Of a stretch of 64,000 bases of DNA, positions 54,522 to 63,077 are shown one piece after another. The DNA comes from Myxococcota bacterium. Its GTDB lineage: Bacteria; Myxococcota_A; UBA9042; PHBI01; JAWLBL01. Each line of letters opens with the position of its first letter. Position 1 is the first letter of the stretch. The translations under genes and the position numbers were made by a program. The notes under the pieces are model-generated. The model worked only from the letters and a program-made list of their open reading frames with translations, made no database searches and was not told the DNA's origin. Location of the stretch: assembly GCA_041687695.1 (NCBI GenBank), contig JAWLBL010000002.1, forward strand, positions 198,761 to 262,760. Reading direction: 5' to 3'.

Positions 54522-55331
54522 CTAGAGATCGACCAGGCCGACCGTCGACAGGTCGCCGCCGTAGAAGGTCGCGCCCACCCGCTGGAAGCGCTCGACCGCG
54601 TCGGTGCAGAAGAAGGTCCGGCGGCCGGCCCGCTCGGGCGCCAGCAGCTCGCGCTCGGTCAGCAGGGCCTCGAGCTCGGTGGTCACCGCCTCGGCGGAGT
54701 CGACCAGGGCGACGTCCTCGCGGCCGAAGGTGGTCCGCAGGACGTCGGCGACCAGGGGCTTGAAGGCCGGGTAGTGGGTGCAGCCCAGGACCAGGGTGTC
54801 GACCTCTTCGGCGACGAAGGGCGCGAGATAGGTCTCGAGGGTCAGCCGGGCGACCGGGTGGTCGGTCCAGCCCTCCTCGGCCAGCGGCACCAGCAGGGGC
54901 CAGGGGTGCGCGGTCAGCGCGGCTTCGGGCAGCAGCGCCGTGATGGCGGCCTGGTAGCAGCCCGAGCGGACGGTGCCCTCGGTGCCGGCGATGCCGATGC
55001 GGCCGCTGCGGGTGGCGGCGGCGGCGGCGCGGGCCCCCGGCTCGATGACGCCGAGGACGGGGACGTCGGTGGCGGCGCGCAGCTGCGGGATGGCGTAGGC
55101 CGAGGCGGTGTTGCAGGCCACGACCAGCGCCTTGATGGGGTACTTGAGGAGCATCCCGGCGGCGCGCTCGGCGTAGCGGGCCACGGTGGCGGGCGAGCGG
55201 GTGCCGTAGGGCAGGCGGGCCGTGTCGCCGAGGTAGATGAGATCCTCGTTGGGCATGCGGCGGGCAATCTCGCTGGCGACCGTGAGGCCGCCGATGCCCG
55301 AGTCGAAGACGCCGATGGCCGCGCGATACAT
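54522..55331 (-). CDS. murI: Glutamate racemase
   Basis: IGVFDSGIGGLTV, DTARLPYG, VACNTAS, LGCTHYP. Confidence 0.97.
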   Translation of the reverse strand: MYRAAIGVFDSGIGGLTVASEIARRMPNEDLIYLGDTARLPYGTRSPATVARYAERAAGMLLKYPIKALVVACNTASAYAIPQLRAATDVPVLGVIEPGARAAAAATRSGRIGIAGTEGTVRSGCYQAAITALLPEAALTAHPWPLLVPLAEEGWTDHPVARLTLETYLAPFVAEEVDTLVLGCTHYPAFKPLVADVLRTTFGREDVALVDSAEAVTTELEALLTERELLAPERAGRRTFFCTDAVERFQRVGATFYGGDLSTVGLVDL

Positions 55332-55354
55332 GCAGGCTCCACGAGGTCCGCGGG

Positions 55355-56077
55355 TCAGCCGCCCAGGAAGTCTCGGGCGTTCCACCGAACGCCGTTGTGG
55401 TCGGCGCCGCGGGCCGCCGCCAACAGGACGAAGGGCTCGGTGATGTCGTCGGGGGAGGGCAGGGTGGCCGGGTCCTCGCCCGGGACGGCCTCGGCGCGCA
55501 TGTCGGTGCGCGTGCCGCCCGGGTTGATGACGGCGCAGGCGACGCCGGAGCCCTCGAGGTCGGCGGCCAGGGTCTGGCTGAGGCCCTCGACGGCGAACTT
55601 GGTGACGGAGTAGGCGCCCCAGCCGGCGCGGCCGGCCACGCCGACGCTGGAGGAGACGTTGATCACAACCCCGCGGCCGCGCTGGCGCATCCCGGGCACC
55701 AGCAGGCGCACCAGATCGAAGCCGGCGGTGACGTTGACGGCCAGCGCCTGCTCGAAGGCCTCGAGCGGGCACTCCCACACCGGCCCCAGCGGCCCCAGCA
55801 CGCCGGCGTTGTTCACCAACACGTCGACCGGACCGGCCGCCCGGGCCAGCGCGGCGCGCGCGTCGGCCGAGGTCAGCTCGGCCGCGTGCACCGTGGCCTG
55901 CCCGCCGGCCGCCTCGATGGCGTCGGCCACGGCGCGCAGCCCGGCTTCGTCGCGCGCGGTCAGGACGACCCGCGCTCCCTCGCGCGCGAACGCCCGCGCC
56001 ACGGCCGCGCCGATGCCCCGGCTCGCCCCGGTCACCAGCGCGCTCAGCCCCTCGAGGCGTGGCTCGGCGGCGCTCAC
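55355..56077 (-). CDS. Short-chain dehydrogenase/reductase (YciK-like)
   Basis: TGASRGIG, NNAG, YSVTK, NPGGTRTDMRAEA; GTGA overlap. Confidence 0.9.
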   Translation of the reverse strand: MSAAEPRLEGLSALVTGASRGIGAAVARAFAREGARVVLTARDEAGLRAVADAIEAAGGQATVHAAELTSADARAALARAAGPVDVLVNNAGVLGPLGPVWECPLEAFEQALAVNVTAGFDLVRLLVPGMRQRGRGVVINVSSSVGVAGRAGWGAYSVTKFAVEGLSQTLAADLEGSGVACAVINPGGTRTDMRAEAVPGEDPATLPSPDDITEPFVLLAAARGADHNGVRWNARDFLGG

Positions 56078-57273
56078 GGCGCGCGCCCCAGCAGGCCGTC
56101 GACCATCGCCTCCAGGTGCGTCACCGGGCGTGCCCCCTCGACCTTGCGGCCGTTGACGAAGAAGGTAGGCGTCGCGCGGACGCCCGCCTCGGCCCCGGCG
56201 ACGATGTCCGCCACCACGGCGTCGCGGGGCTCGCCCGTCTCGACGCAGCTCACGAAGCGGTCGGCGTCGATGCCCAGGTCGCCGGCCTTGCGGCGCAGCA
56301 CCTCGCGGGACAGGTCGGGCTCGCTGCCGGCGCCGACGTCGAAGGCCCACTCGGCGGCGGCGGCGAACTGGCCCTGGCGGTGGGCGCACTCGGCGATGAA
56401 GGCCAGCCGGCAGGCCGCGCCGTGGAAGGCGCGGTCCATGATGGGGCTGCAGGCGTTGTCGAGCGGGAAGTGCATCAGCGTCACGCGGACGTCCTCGGGG
56501 CGTGCCTCGAGCAGATCGTGCAGGGACTCGAACAGCGTGCGGCAGTGGGGGCACTGGAAGTCGGCGAACTCGACGATGTGCACGGGGGCGTCGGGGCGGC
56601 CCAGGGTCGGGCGGCCGGTGGTCGACAGCGCGACGGTGGGCAGCTCGCCGACGAGGCGCGCCTCGGCGACCAGGGCCTTGTCGCGGGCGGCGCGGGACTC
56701 GGCCACCGGCCCGGCGTAGACGATGTAGCTGCCGACCAGGGCGGCCAGGAAGACCATGGCGGCGGTGACGCCCGCGCGGGAGACGACGGCCGGGCCGAGC
56801 TTGGAGACGGCCTCGCGGGCGCCGCCGGGCAGGCTGAGGAGGCCGACGACGAGGATCCCGACGTTCACGGCGTACAGGACGACGCAGTAGGGGCAGAACT
56901 GGCCCTGCTGCACCAGCGAGACGCCGGCCAGAAAGGCCGAGTAGACGACCGACAGGATGCCGATGAGGACGTGCAGCCGGGCCGCGTCCACGTTGTCGAT
57001 GCGGCGCAGGCGCAGGATGGCCAGGCCGATGACGGCGGCGTAGCAGGCCAGGCCGAGCAGCGAGATGGGCAGCCTGGGCCGGCCGCCCGGCACCGGGACG
57101 CTGCTGTAGCGCGAGGTGCGGCTGATCTCGCAGCCGGAGCCCTCGGCGCACACGCCCGCCTGGCCGGCGGGGTCCAGCAGCCAGGCCTGGTGGTCGTAGG
57201 TCAGCACGCCGCTGTCGACCAGGCCGACGAGGCCAAGGACGGCGATGAGGATGGCGGCGACCTTCGGCTTCAT
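56074..57273 (-). CDS. VKOR - DsbA/thioredoxin fusion
   Basis: Loop CAEGSGC, TM CPYC, then EFADFQCPHC, HFPL, TPTFFVNG. Confidence 0.9.
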   Translation of the reverse strand: MKPKVAAILIAVLGLVGLVDSGVLTYDHQAWLLDPAGQAGVCAEGSGCEISRTSRYSSVPVPGGRPRLPISLLGLACYAAVIGLAILRLRRIDNVDAARLHVLIGILSVVYSAFLAGVSLVQQGQFCPYCVVLYAVNVGILVVGLLSLPGGAREAVSKLGPAVVSRAGVTAAMVFLAALVGSYIVYAGPVAESRAARDKALVAEARLVGELPTVALSTTGRPTLGRPDAPVHIVEFADFQCPHCRTLFESLHDLLEARPEDVRVTLMHFPLDNACSPIMDRAFHGAACRLAFIAECAHRQGQFAAAAEWAFDVGAGSEPDLSREVLRRKAGDLGIDADRFVSCVETGEPRDAVVADIVAGAEAGVRATPTFFVNGRKVEGARPVTHLEAMVDGLLGRAP

Positions 57274-57293
57274 GGCGGCGTCCCCGGTCTGGA

Positions 57294-57770
57294 TCAGTAG
57301 CTGCGCTCGCTGGGAGGCGTCGGGGGCGCGGCGCCGGCGCCCTTCAAGCTGCGCAGATAGGCGACGACGTCCCGGATCTGGGCTTCGGTCAGGTTCTGCG
57401 GCGGCATGGCGGGCGGGCGGCCCTGGGCGATGACGGCGGCGATGTCGGCGTCGCGCATCCGGGCGTGCCAGGCGGGGCTCTCGAAGTCGATGCCGGCCGT
57501 CCCGGGCAGGGCCTGGCCGGTGGTCCCGTGGCAGGCGACGCAGCGCGCCTCGTACAGGCGCTGCCCGGCCGCGACGTCGCCGAGGTCGGCGCGGACGCCG
57601 GTCCGGAACATCTCTTCGGGGCAGGCCCCCTCGGGCACGCAGCGCGACACGGGCTCGGAGCCCACCGAGCCGCGGTCGCAGCCGACCAGCGCCAGCAGGC
57701 AGAGCGCGAGGGCGACCCCGCGCACGCGGCGCGGACGCGACAGGACGGCGGTCGGTGATGGTGGGTTCAC
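57294..57770 (-). CDS. c-type cytochrome lipoprotein
   Basis: Lipobox LVGC; CVACH; distal MPP; start codon uncertain. Confidence 0.85.
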   Translation of the reverse strand: MNPPSPTAVLSRPRRVRGVALALCLLALVGCDRGSVGSEPVSRCVPEGACPEEMFRTGVRADLGDVAAGQRLYEARCVACHGTTGQALPGTAGIDFESPAWHARMRDADIAAVIAQGRPPAMPPQNLTEAQIRDVVAYLRSLKGAGAAPPTPPSERSY

Positions 57771-57871
57771 GAGGGGCCGACTAGCACGCGTCCGGGTGTC
57801 CAGCAAGGAAGACGCGCGCGCCGCGACGGGAACGTGGACCGCCGTCGCCACGCCGCGCTACCTTCGCCGCC

Positions 57872-58732
57872 GTGTCCGACGCCCTGCCCGCCGCCCTGCC
57901 CATACAGGCGCTCTCCTTCGTGGCCCTCGACCTCGAGACCACCGGCATCGCGCCCGGCTTCGACCGGGTGGTCGAGGTCGCGGCCGTGCGCTTCCGCCTC
58001 GGCGCCGACCTCGCCGTGCGGCCGGGCCCCGTCTTCCACGCCTTCGTGGACCCGGGCCGCCCCCTCCCCGAGGTGACCCGCCGCCTCACCGGCCTGACCG
58101 ACGCCGAGCTGGCCGACGCGCCGACCATGGCCGCCCTGTGGCCCGATCTCGCCGGCTTCCTCGCCGGGGGCGACGGCCCGACCGCGCTCGTCGCCCACAA
58201 CGGCAAGGTCGACCTGGCCTTCCTGGTGGCCGAGGCGCACCGCGCCGAAATCCCCTTCGCGCCGCCGACCACCTTCTGCACCCTGCAGCTTGCCCGCCAG
58301 GCCCTGCCCGGCGCCCCGCGCTACCGCCTCTCGGACCTGGTCCGCTGGCTCGGCCTCGCCGGCGACGGCGCCGCCTTCCACCGCGCCCGCCCCGACGCCC
58401 TGCACGCCCGCAACCTCTTCGCCCGCTGCGTCGGCGCCCTCGGCGCCCGCACCACGGCCGATCTCCGCAGCGGCGGCCCCCTCGCCCCGCCGACCCCCGC
58501 CGACTTCCAGGTCCACGTCCCCGATCATCTGGTGCCGCTCGAGCGCCGCATGCTCGAGGCCCTGCCCGTCGAGATCACCTACCGCGGCGGCAGCAAGGGC
58601 ACCTCGGCCCGCCCTGTTACGCCCCTTTGCTTCTACCGCTCCGAGGGCGTGCTCTACCTTCGGGCCTGGTGCCACCTCGACGACGAGGCGAAGTCCTTTC
58701 GCTGCGATCGCATCCGCACCATCCGCGCCTGA
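57872..58732 (+). CDS. DEDDh 3'-5' exonuclease (DnaQ-like) fused to a WYL domain
   Basis: DLETTG, AHNGKVD, HRARPDA; then ITY...RPVTP...YLRAWCH...SFRCDRI. Confidence 0.9.
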   Translation: MSDALPAALPIQALSFVALDLETTGIAPGFDRVVEVAAVRFRLGADLAVRPGPVFHAFVDPGRPLPEVTRRLTGLTDAELADAPTMAALWPDLAGFLAGGDGPTALVAHNGKVDLAFLVAEAHRAEIPFAPPTTFCTLQLARQALPGAPRYRLSDLVRWLGLAGDGAAFHRARPDALHARNLFARCVGALGARTTADLRSGGPLAPPTPADFQVHVPDHLVPLERRMLEALPVEITYRGGSKGTSARPVTPLCFYRSEGVLYLRAWCHLDDEAKSFRCDRIRTIRA

Positions 58733-58762
58733 CCGCCTCTCGCCCCCCCAAGGCCCCCGCCC

Positions 58763-59215
58763 ATGAAGACACGACGCCACCAGGCCATCGTGCAGCTCGT
58801 GCGCGCCCAGACCATCGCCGACGCCCCGGAGCTCGCCCGGCGCCTCGCCGCGCAGGGCTTCGAGGTGCACCCGGGCATGCTCGAGCGCGATCTGCGCCTG
58901 CTCGGCGTGGTCGCCGAGCACACCGCCGACGGCGGCACCCGCCTGCGCCAGTCCGTCGACCCCGCCGATCTCGCCACCGCCCTCGACAACCTGCGGCAGT
59001 TCCTGGTCGAGATCACGCCCAGCCACAACCTGCTCGTGGTCCGGACCCGCATCGGCGGCGCCCAGCCGGTCGCCGTCGCCCTCGAGCACCTGCAGGTCCC
59101 CGGCCTGCTCGGCAGCGTCGCCGGCGACGACACCGTCCTGTCGGCCGTCGCCGAGACGACCAGCGCCCGCGCCGTGATGGACGAGATCTGGGCCATGGTC
59201 GCCACGTCGGGCTGA
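58763..59215 (+). CDS. argR: Arginine repressor (divergent DNA-binding helix)
   Basis: RHQAI...EL...GFEV...RDL..LG; NLLVVRT..GGAQPVA; GSVAGDDT. Confidence 0.85.
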   Translation: MKTRRHQAIVQLVRAQTIADAPELARRLAAQGFEVHPGMLERDLRLLGVVAEHTADGGTRLRQSVDPADLATALDNLRQFLVEITPSHNLLVVRTRIGGAQPVAVALEHLQVPGLLGSVAGDDTVLSAVAETTSARAVMDEIWAMVATSG

Positions 59216-59281
59216 GGTTCTGGCCATCCTCGACGGCCCTCGATAAGCTCGCGCGACCGTCCGAGCCGACCCGAGGCCGCC

Positions 59282-59968
59282 ATGCACTCGCCCGCCATCG
59301 TCGCCGCGCCGCTGCCCGACGCGGTGCCCCTGTTCCCGCTGCCCAACCACGTCCTGCTGCCCGGCGTGCCGACGCCCTTCCGCGTCTTCGAGCCACGCTA
59401 CCGCGAGCTGGTCGGCGATCTGCTGGCCCTGCCCGAGGAGCACCGCTGGCTGGCCGTGCCGTGCCTGGCGCAGGGCTGGGAGTCCGACTACCAGGGCAAC
59501 CCGCCCATCCATCGCGTGGCCGTGGCGGCGCGCATCCTCCACAGCTCCGAGCTGACCGAGGGCCAGTACTTCATCGCCGTCATGGGTGAGGAGCGCTGCC
59601 TGCTGACCGAGGTCGCCAGCGATCGCCTGTACCGCCGCGCGACGCTCGAGCCGCTGCCGGACGTCCCCGAGCGGCCGGACGAGGTCGAGCGCGCCCTCGA
59701 CCACCTACGCGCGGCGGCCGTCGTGCTCTTCGCGCGCCTGCCCGACATCCCCTGGAACGTGCGCCTGCTCGTCGAGCGCCCCGCGGGTCCCGAGGCCCTC
59801 GTCTACCGGCTCGGGGCCCTCATCCTGCCCGACGCGCCCGACCGCCAGCGCCTCATCGAGGAGCGCAGCGTCCTCGCCCGGGTCGAGATCCTGCTCGCGC
59901 GCATCGGCGAGCTGCTCGTCGCCGGCGGCCTGTCGGGCGTCGACGGCAACGCCGCGCCCAAGGCTTGA
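59282..59968 (+). CDS. LON peptidase substrate-binding (N-terminal) domain protein
   Basis: VPLFPLPNHVLLPG...VFEPRYRELV; no ATPase or protease domain. Confidence 0.85.
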   Translation: MHSPAIVAAPLPDAVPLFPLPNHVLLPGVPTPFRVFEPRYRELVGDLLALPEEHRWLAVPCLAQGWESDYQGNPPIHRVAVAARILHSSELTEGQYFIAVMGEERCLLTEVASDRLYRRATLEPLPDVPERPDEVERALDHLRAAAVVLFARLPDIPWNVRLLVERPAGPEALVYRLGALILPDAPDRQRLIEERSVLARVEILLARIGELLVAGGLSGVDGNAAPKA

Positions 59969-60104
59969 CAGCGCCCCGCGTTCGTCCCCTCGGGCGCCCG
60001 CACTCCAATGATCTCGCTTGCATTTTCGGCAGGCCGCGCGCATGTACGCGCGGACACTGTCGCCCACGCCGGTCTCCGGCAGAACAGATGAGGGACACGC
60101 TGAA

Positions 60105-61322
60105 TTGAACGCGCCGAGATCATTCGACAAGGTTGTGCTCGCCTACTCGGGCGGCCTCGACACCTCCGTCATGCTCACCTGGCTCAAGGAGACGTATGAC
60201 TGCGAGGTCATCTGCTACACGGCCGACGTCGGCCAGGAAGAGGAGCTCGACGGCCTCGAGGACAAGGCGAAGCGCACCGGCGCGTCGGCCGCGGTCATCG
60301 AGGACCTGACCGAGGAGTTCGCGCGCGACTTCGTGTTCCCGGCCCTGCAGGCGAACGCGGTGTACGAGGGCATCTACCTGATGGGCACCTCGCTGGCGCG
60401 TCCGCTCATCGGCCGGCGCCTGGCCGAGGTCGCCGCCGAGCACGGCGCCGACGCGGTCGCCCACGGCGCGACCGGCAAGGGCAACGATCAGATCCGCTTC
60501 GAGCTGGCCAGCTACTCGGTCAACCCGCACATCCGCGTCATCGCGCCCTGGCGGTACTGGGAGTTCAAGGGCCGCTCGGACCTCATCGCCTACGCCCGCG
60601 ACAAGGGCATCCCGGTGCTGTCGACCGTCGAGAAGCCCTTCTCGATCGACCGCAACCTGATGCACGTCTCCTTCGAGGGCGGCGTCCTCGAGGATCCGTG
60701 GGCCGAGCCCCCGCGGGACACGTTCCTCCTCACCAAGCCGGTCCAGGAGACCCCGGACGAGGCCGAGGAGATCACCATCGACTTCGAGAAGGGCCGCCCC
60801 ATCGCCGTCAACGGCGAGGCGCTGAGCCCGGCCAACCTCATCCGCAAGCTCAACAAGCTGGGTGGGCGCCACGGCATCGGCCGCGTCGATCTGGTCGAGA
60901 ACCGCTACGTCGGCATCAAGTCGCGCGGCGTGTACGAGACCCCCGGCGTCAGCATCCTGCACGTCGCCCACCGCGCCATCGAGTCGCTGACCATGGACCG
61001 CGAGGTCATGCTGTTCCGCGACCAGCTGATGCCGCGCTACGCCGCGCTGATGTACCGCGGCTACTGGTTCAGCCCCGAGTGCGCGCTGATGCGCAAGATC
61101 ATCGAGGAGACCCAGGAGCCCGTGAACGGCACGGCGCGCATCCGCCTGTACAAGGGCAACGCGACGCTGGTCGGCCGCAAGTCCCCGAACTCCCTCTACT
61201 CGTACTCGTTCGCCACGTTCGAGCACGACACGGTCTACGACCAGAAGGACGCCGAGGGCTTCATCCGCATCAACGCGCTGCGCCTGCGCCTGCGGTCGCT
61301 CAAGGAGGGCGGCCTCGACTGA
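60105..61322 (+). CDS. argG: Argininosuccinate synthase
   Basis: [43 protein letters not shown] start inferred from a GAGGGA RBS. Confidence 0.97.
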   Translation: MNAPRSFDKVVLAYSGGLDTSVMLTWLKETYDCEVICYTADVGQEEELDGLEDKAKRTGASAAVIEDLTEEFARDFVFPALQANAVYEGIYLMGTSLARPLIGRRLAEVAAEHGADAVAHGATGKGNDQIRFELASYSVNPHIRVIAPWRYWEFKGRSDLIAYARDKGIPVLSTVEKPFSIDRNLMHVSFEGGVLEDPWAEPPRDTFLLTKPVQETPDEAEEITIDFEKGRPIAVNGEALSPANLIRKLNKLGGRHGIGRVDLVENRYVGIKSRGVYETPGVSILHVAHRAIESLTMDREVMLFRDQLMPRYAALMYRGYWFSPECALMRKIIEETQEPVNGTARIRLYKGNATLVGRKSPNSLYSYSFATFEHDTVYDQKDAEGFIRINALRLRLRSLKEGGLD

Positions 61323-61350
61323 GTCGAGCCGTCGTCCCCGTGTCCCTGCG

Positions 61351-61382
61351 AAGGCCCGGTCGGTTCGTCCGCCCGGGCCTTT
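61351..61382. terminator. Hairpin between convergent argG and Uma2 genes
   Basis: AAGGCCCGG...CCGGGCCTTT. Confidence 0.6.
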
Positions 61383-61388
61383 GCGCTT

Positions 61389-61991
61389 TCAAGCGTGCTC
61401 GCGCAGCCAGGCCCGCCAGGCCTTGACCGCCTGGGTCTGGCCCGGCACGTCCAGGAAGGTCACCAGCGCCGACAGGTCCAGCCCGGGCATCAGCCCGCTG
61501 CGCTCGCGCGCCTCGTAGGCGTCGCCGACCAGCGCCCACACCTCGATGCGGCCGTCTCGCCACATCCAGACCTCGCGCACGCCCAGGCCGGCGTAGACCT
61601 CGAGCTTGTCCAAGCCTCCGCTGGTCCAAACGACCTCGATGGCCAGATCGGGTCTGTCGCCGGGCGGCCGTCCGAGCACGTAGCACTCGTCGGGCTCGAC
61701 CCCGCGCCGGGTGTCGCGCCGCTTGATGGTCCAGGACCCGTAGCCGTCCAGCGGCAGGTCGCGCTCTTCGGCGTAGGCCTCGACCAGGCGGGCGATCAGC
61801 GTCTTGAGGCGCTCGTGGTCGTTCGAGGGGCTCATCAGCTCGAGCACTCCGTCGAGGTAGGTCAGGCGCACGCCCGAACGCTCGCCGCGGATGGCGCAGA
61901 TCGTCTCGTACTCGTCCCAGGTCACGCGCATGAAGACGCGCTGATCCTCGGAGCGGGGCTGGGGGAGCAGCGGCGGTGAGGTGACCTGCAT
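61389..61991 (-). CDS. Uma2 family (DUF820) endonuclease-like protein
   Basis: VTWDEYE, LELMSP..DHE, EPDECY, PDLAIEV, DKLEVYAGLGVREVW. Confidence 0.92.
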   Translation of the reverse strand: MQVTSPPLLPQPRSEDQRVFMRVTWDEYETICAIRGERSGVRLTYLDGVLELMSPSNDHERLKTLIARLVEAYAEERDLPLDGYGSWTIKRRDTRRGVEPDECYVLGRPPGDRPDLAIEVVWTSGGLDKLEVYAGLGVREVWMWRDGRIEVWALVGDAYEARERSGLMPGLDLSALVTFLDVPGQTQAVKAWRAWLREHA

Positions 61992-62046
61992 GAGGGAAGT
62001 CTAGCCGCACCAGCGCGAAAGACCATCCTGCCCCGTCACGCAGTCG

Positions 62047-62075
62047 TTGACATGCTAATGAAAGTCATTTTCAAT
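62047..62075 (+). promoter_or_regulatory. Sigma70 -35 element with overlapping Fur box
   Basis: TTGACA at 62047; GCTAATGAAAGTCATTTTC (62054-62072) matches GATAATGATAATCATTATC at 15/19. Confidence 0.72.
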
Positions 62076-62139
62076 ACGGCTCACGGACTCGCCGCACGGC
62101 GCCGCCCACCGCGCCCATGGCGCCGCAACGGAGCACCCC

Positions 62140-62604
62140 ATGAGCATCACCGCCCCCTTCGCCCGCCTGCTGACCCCGGACCTCGTGCCGACCGCCTGGG
62201 AGCACGACGATCTCCCGGCCCTGCACGACCCGTCGGCGCGCCAGCTCCTGGGCCAGACCGGGCCCTGGGAGATCCGAGGCCTCACCGAGGGCGACCCCGG
62301 CTTCGAGGACGCCGCCGCCCGCGGCTGGCTGCACCTGCAGCTGTGGTACCCGCTGCGGGGCCTGTCCGTGCTGACGCCCAGCCTGCTGACCCGCGTCCGC
62401 TTCCAGTCCGCCGACACCGCCGGCGCCGTCCACGAGTGGGACAGCGTCGAGGATCTGGCCTGGGATCTGCCGCGCGTCCTCGGCGCGCCGCTGCCCAACC
62501 TGTGCCTCGTCCGCTCCCTCAACCGCTGGATGGTCGACCGCCCCGAGGCCGAGGTCCGCGAGCGGCTGCTCGCCGCGGGCGACCCCCGCGTCATCCCTCA
62601 CTGA
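62140..62604 (+). CDS. Hypothetical protein
   Basis: GGAG RBS, typical GC3 bias, no recognised motif. Confidence 0.7.
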   Translation: MSITAPFARLLTPDLVPTAWEHDDLPALHDPSARQLLGQTGPWEIRGLTEGDPGFEDAAARGWLHLQLWYPLRGLSVLTPSLLTRVRFQSADTAGAVHEWDSVEDLAWDLPRVLGAPLPNLCLVRSLNRWMVDRPEAEVRERLLAAGDPRVIPH

Positions 62605-62640
62605 TCGTCAACCCCCACCCCATTCCAAAGGAACCCCCCG

Positions 62641-62979
62641 ATGTCCCAGCAGCGTACGAAGAAGGCCAAGCTGGCCCACGAGAAGCAGTCCCCCAAGACC
62701 GCCAGCGGCAAGCCGCGCGGCGAGTACGGCATCCAGCGGGTCGAGGCCCTGGTCGAGTGGCCGGCTGGGACCCCCGCGGCCGTGGTCGAGATCGACACGG
62801 AAGGCACCCGCGCCATCGTCGGCCGCGCCTTCGTGACCGTCGACCCCGCCACCGGCGCGGCCCGCCCGGGCCTGCTGGCCTGCCCGGCCGTCTACAGCCC
62901 CGCCGCGCGCGCCCAGGCCATCGCCGCCTTCCGCGCCTTCGAGGCCGCCGCGCCGGCCGCCCAGGCCCCGGCCGCCTGA
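62641..62979 (+). CDS. Hypothetical protein with basic N-terminus
   Basis: AAGGA RBS, typical codon usage. Confidence 0.7.
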   Translation: MSQQRTKKAKLAHEKQSPKTASGKPRGEYGIQRVEALVEWPAGTPAAVVEIDTEGTRAIVGRAFVTVDPATGAARPGLLACPAVYSPAARAQAIAAFRAFEAAAPAAQAPAA

Positions 62980-63077
62980 GGTCGTTCAGGTCGCGGCCCG
63001 AGGCCGCTCATTTTTTTTAATAGGCCTCGGGTCCGAGCGTCGCTCGGCCCTCGCTCCCACCAGGACCCGAGGTCGCC

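Noticed and set aside
61389..61991. Uma2 gene as a defence or restriction system
   Set aside because: Stand-alone Uma2 genes are common and multicopy in myxobacteria; no methylase or partner gene adjacent
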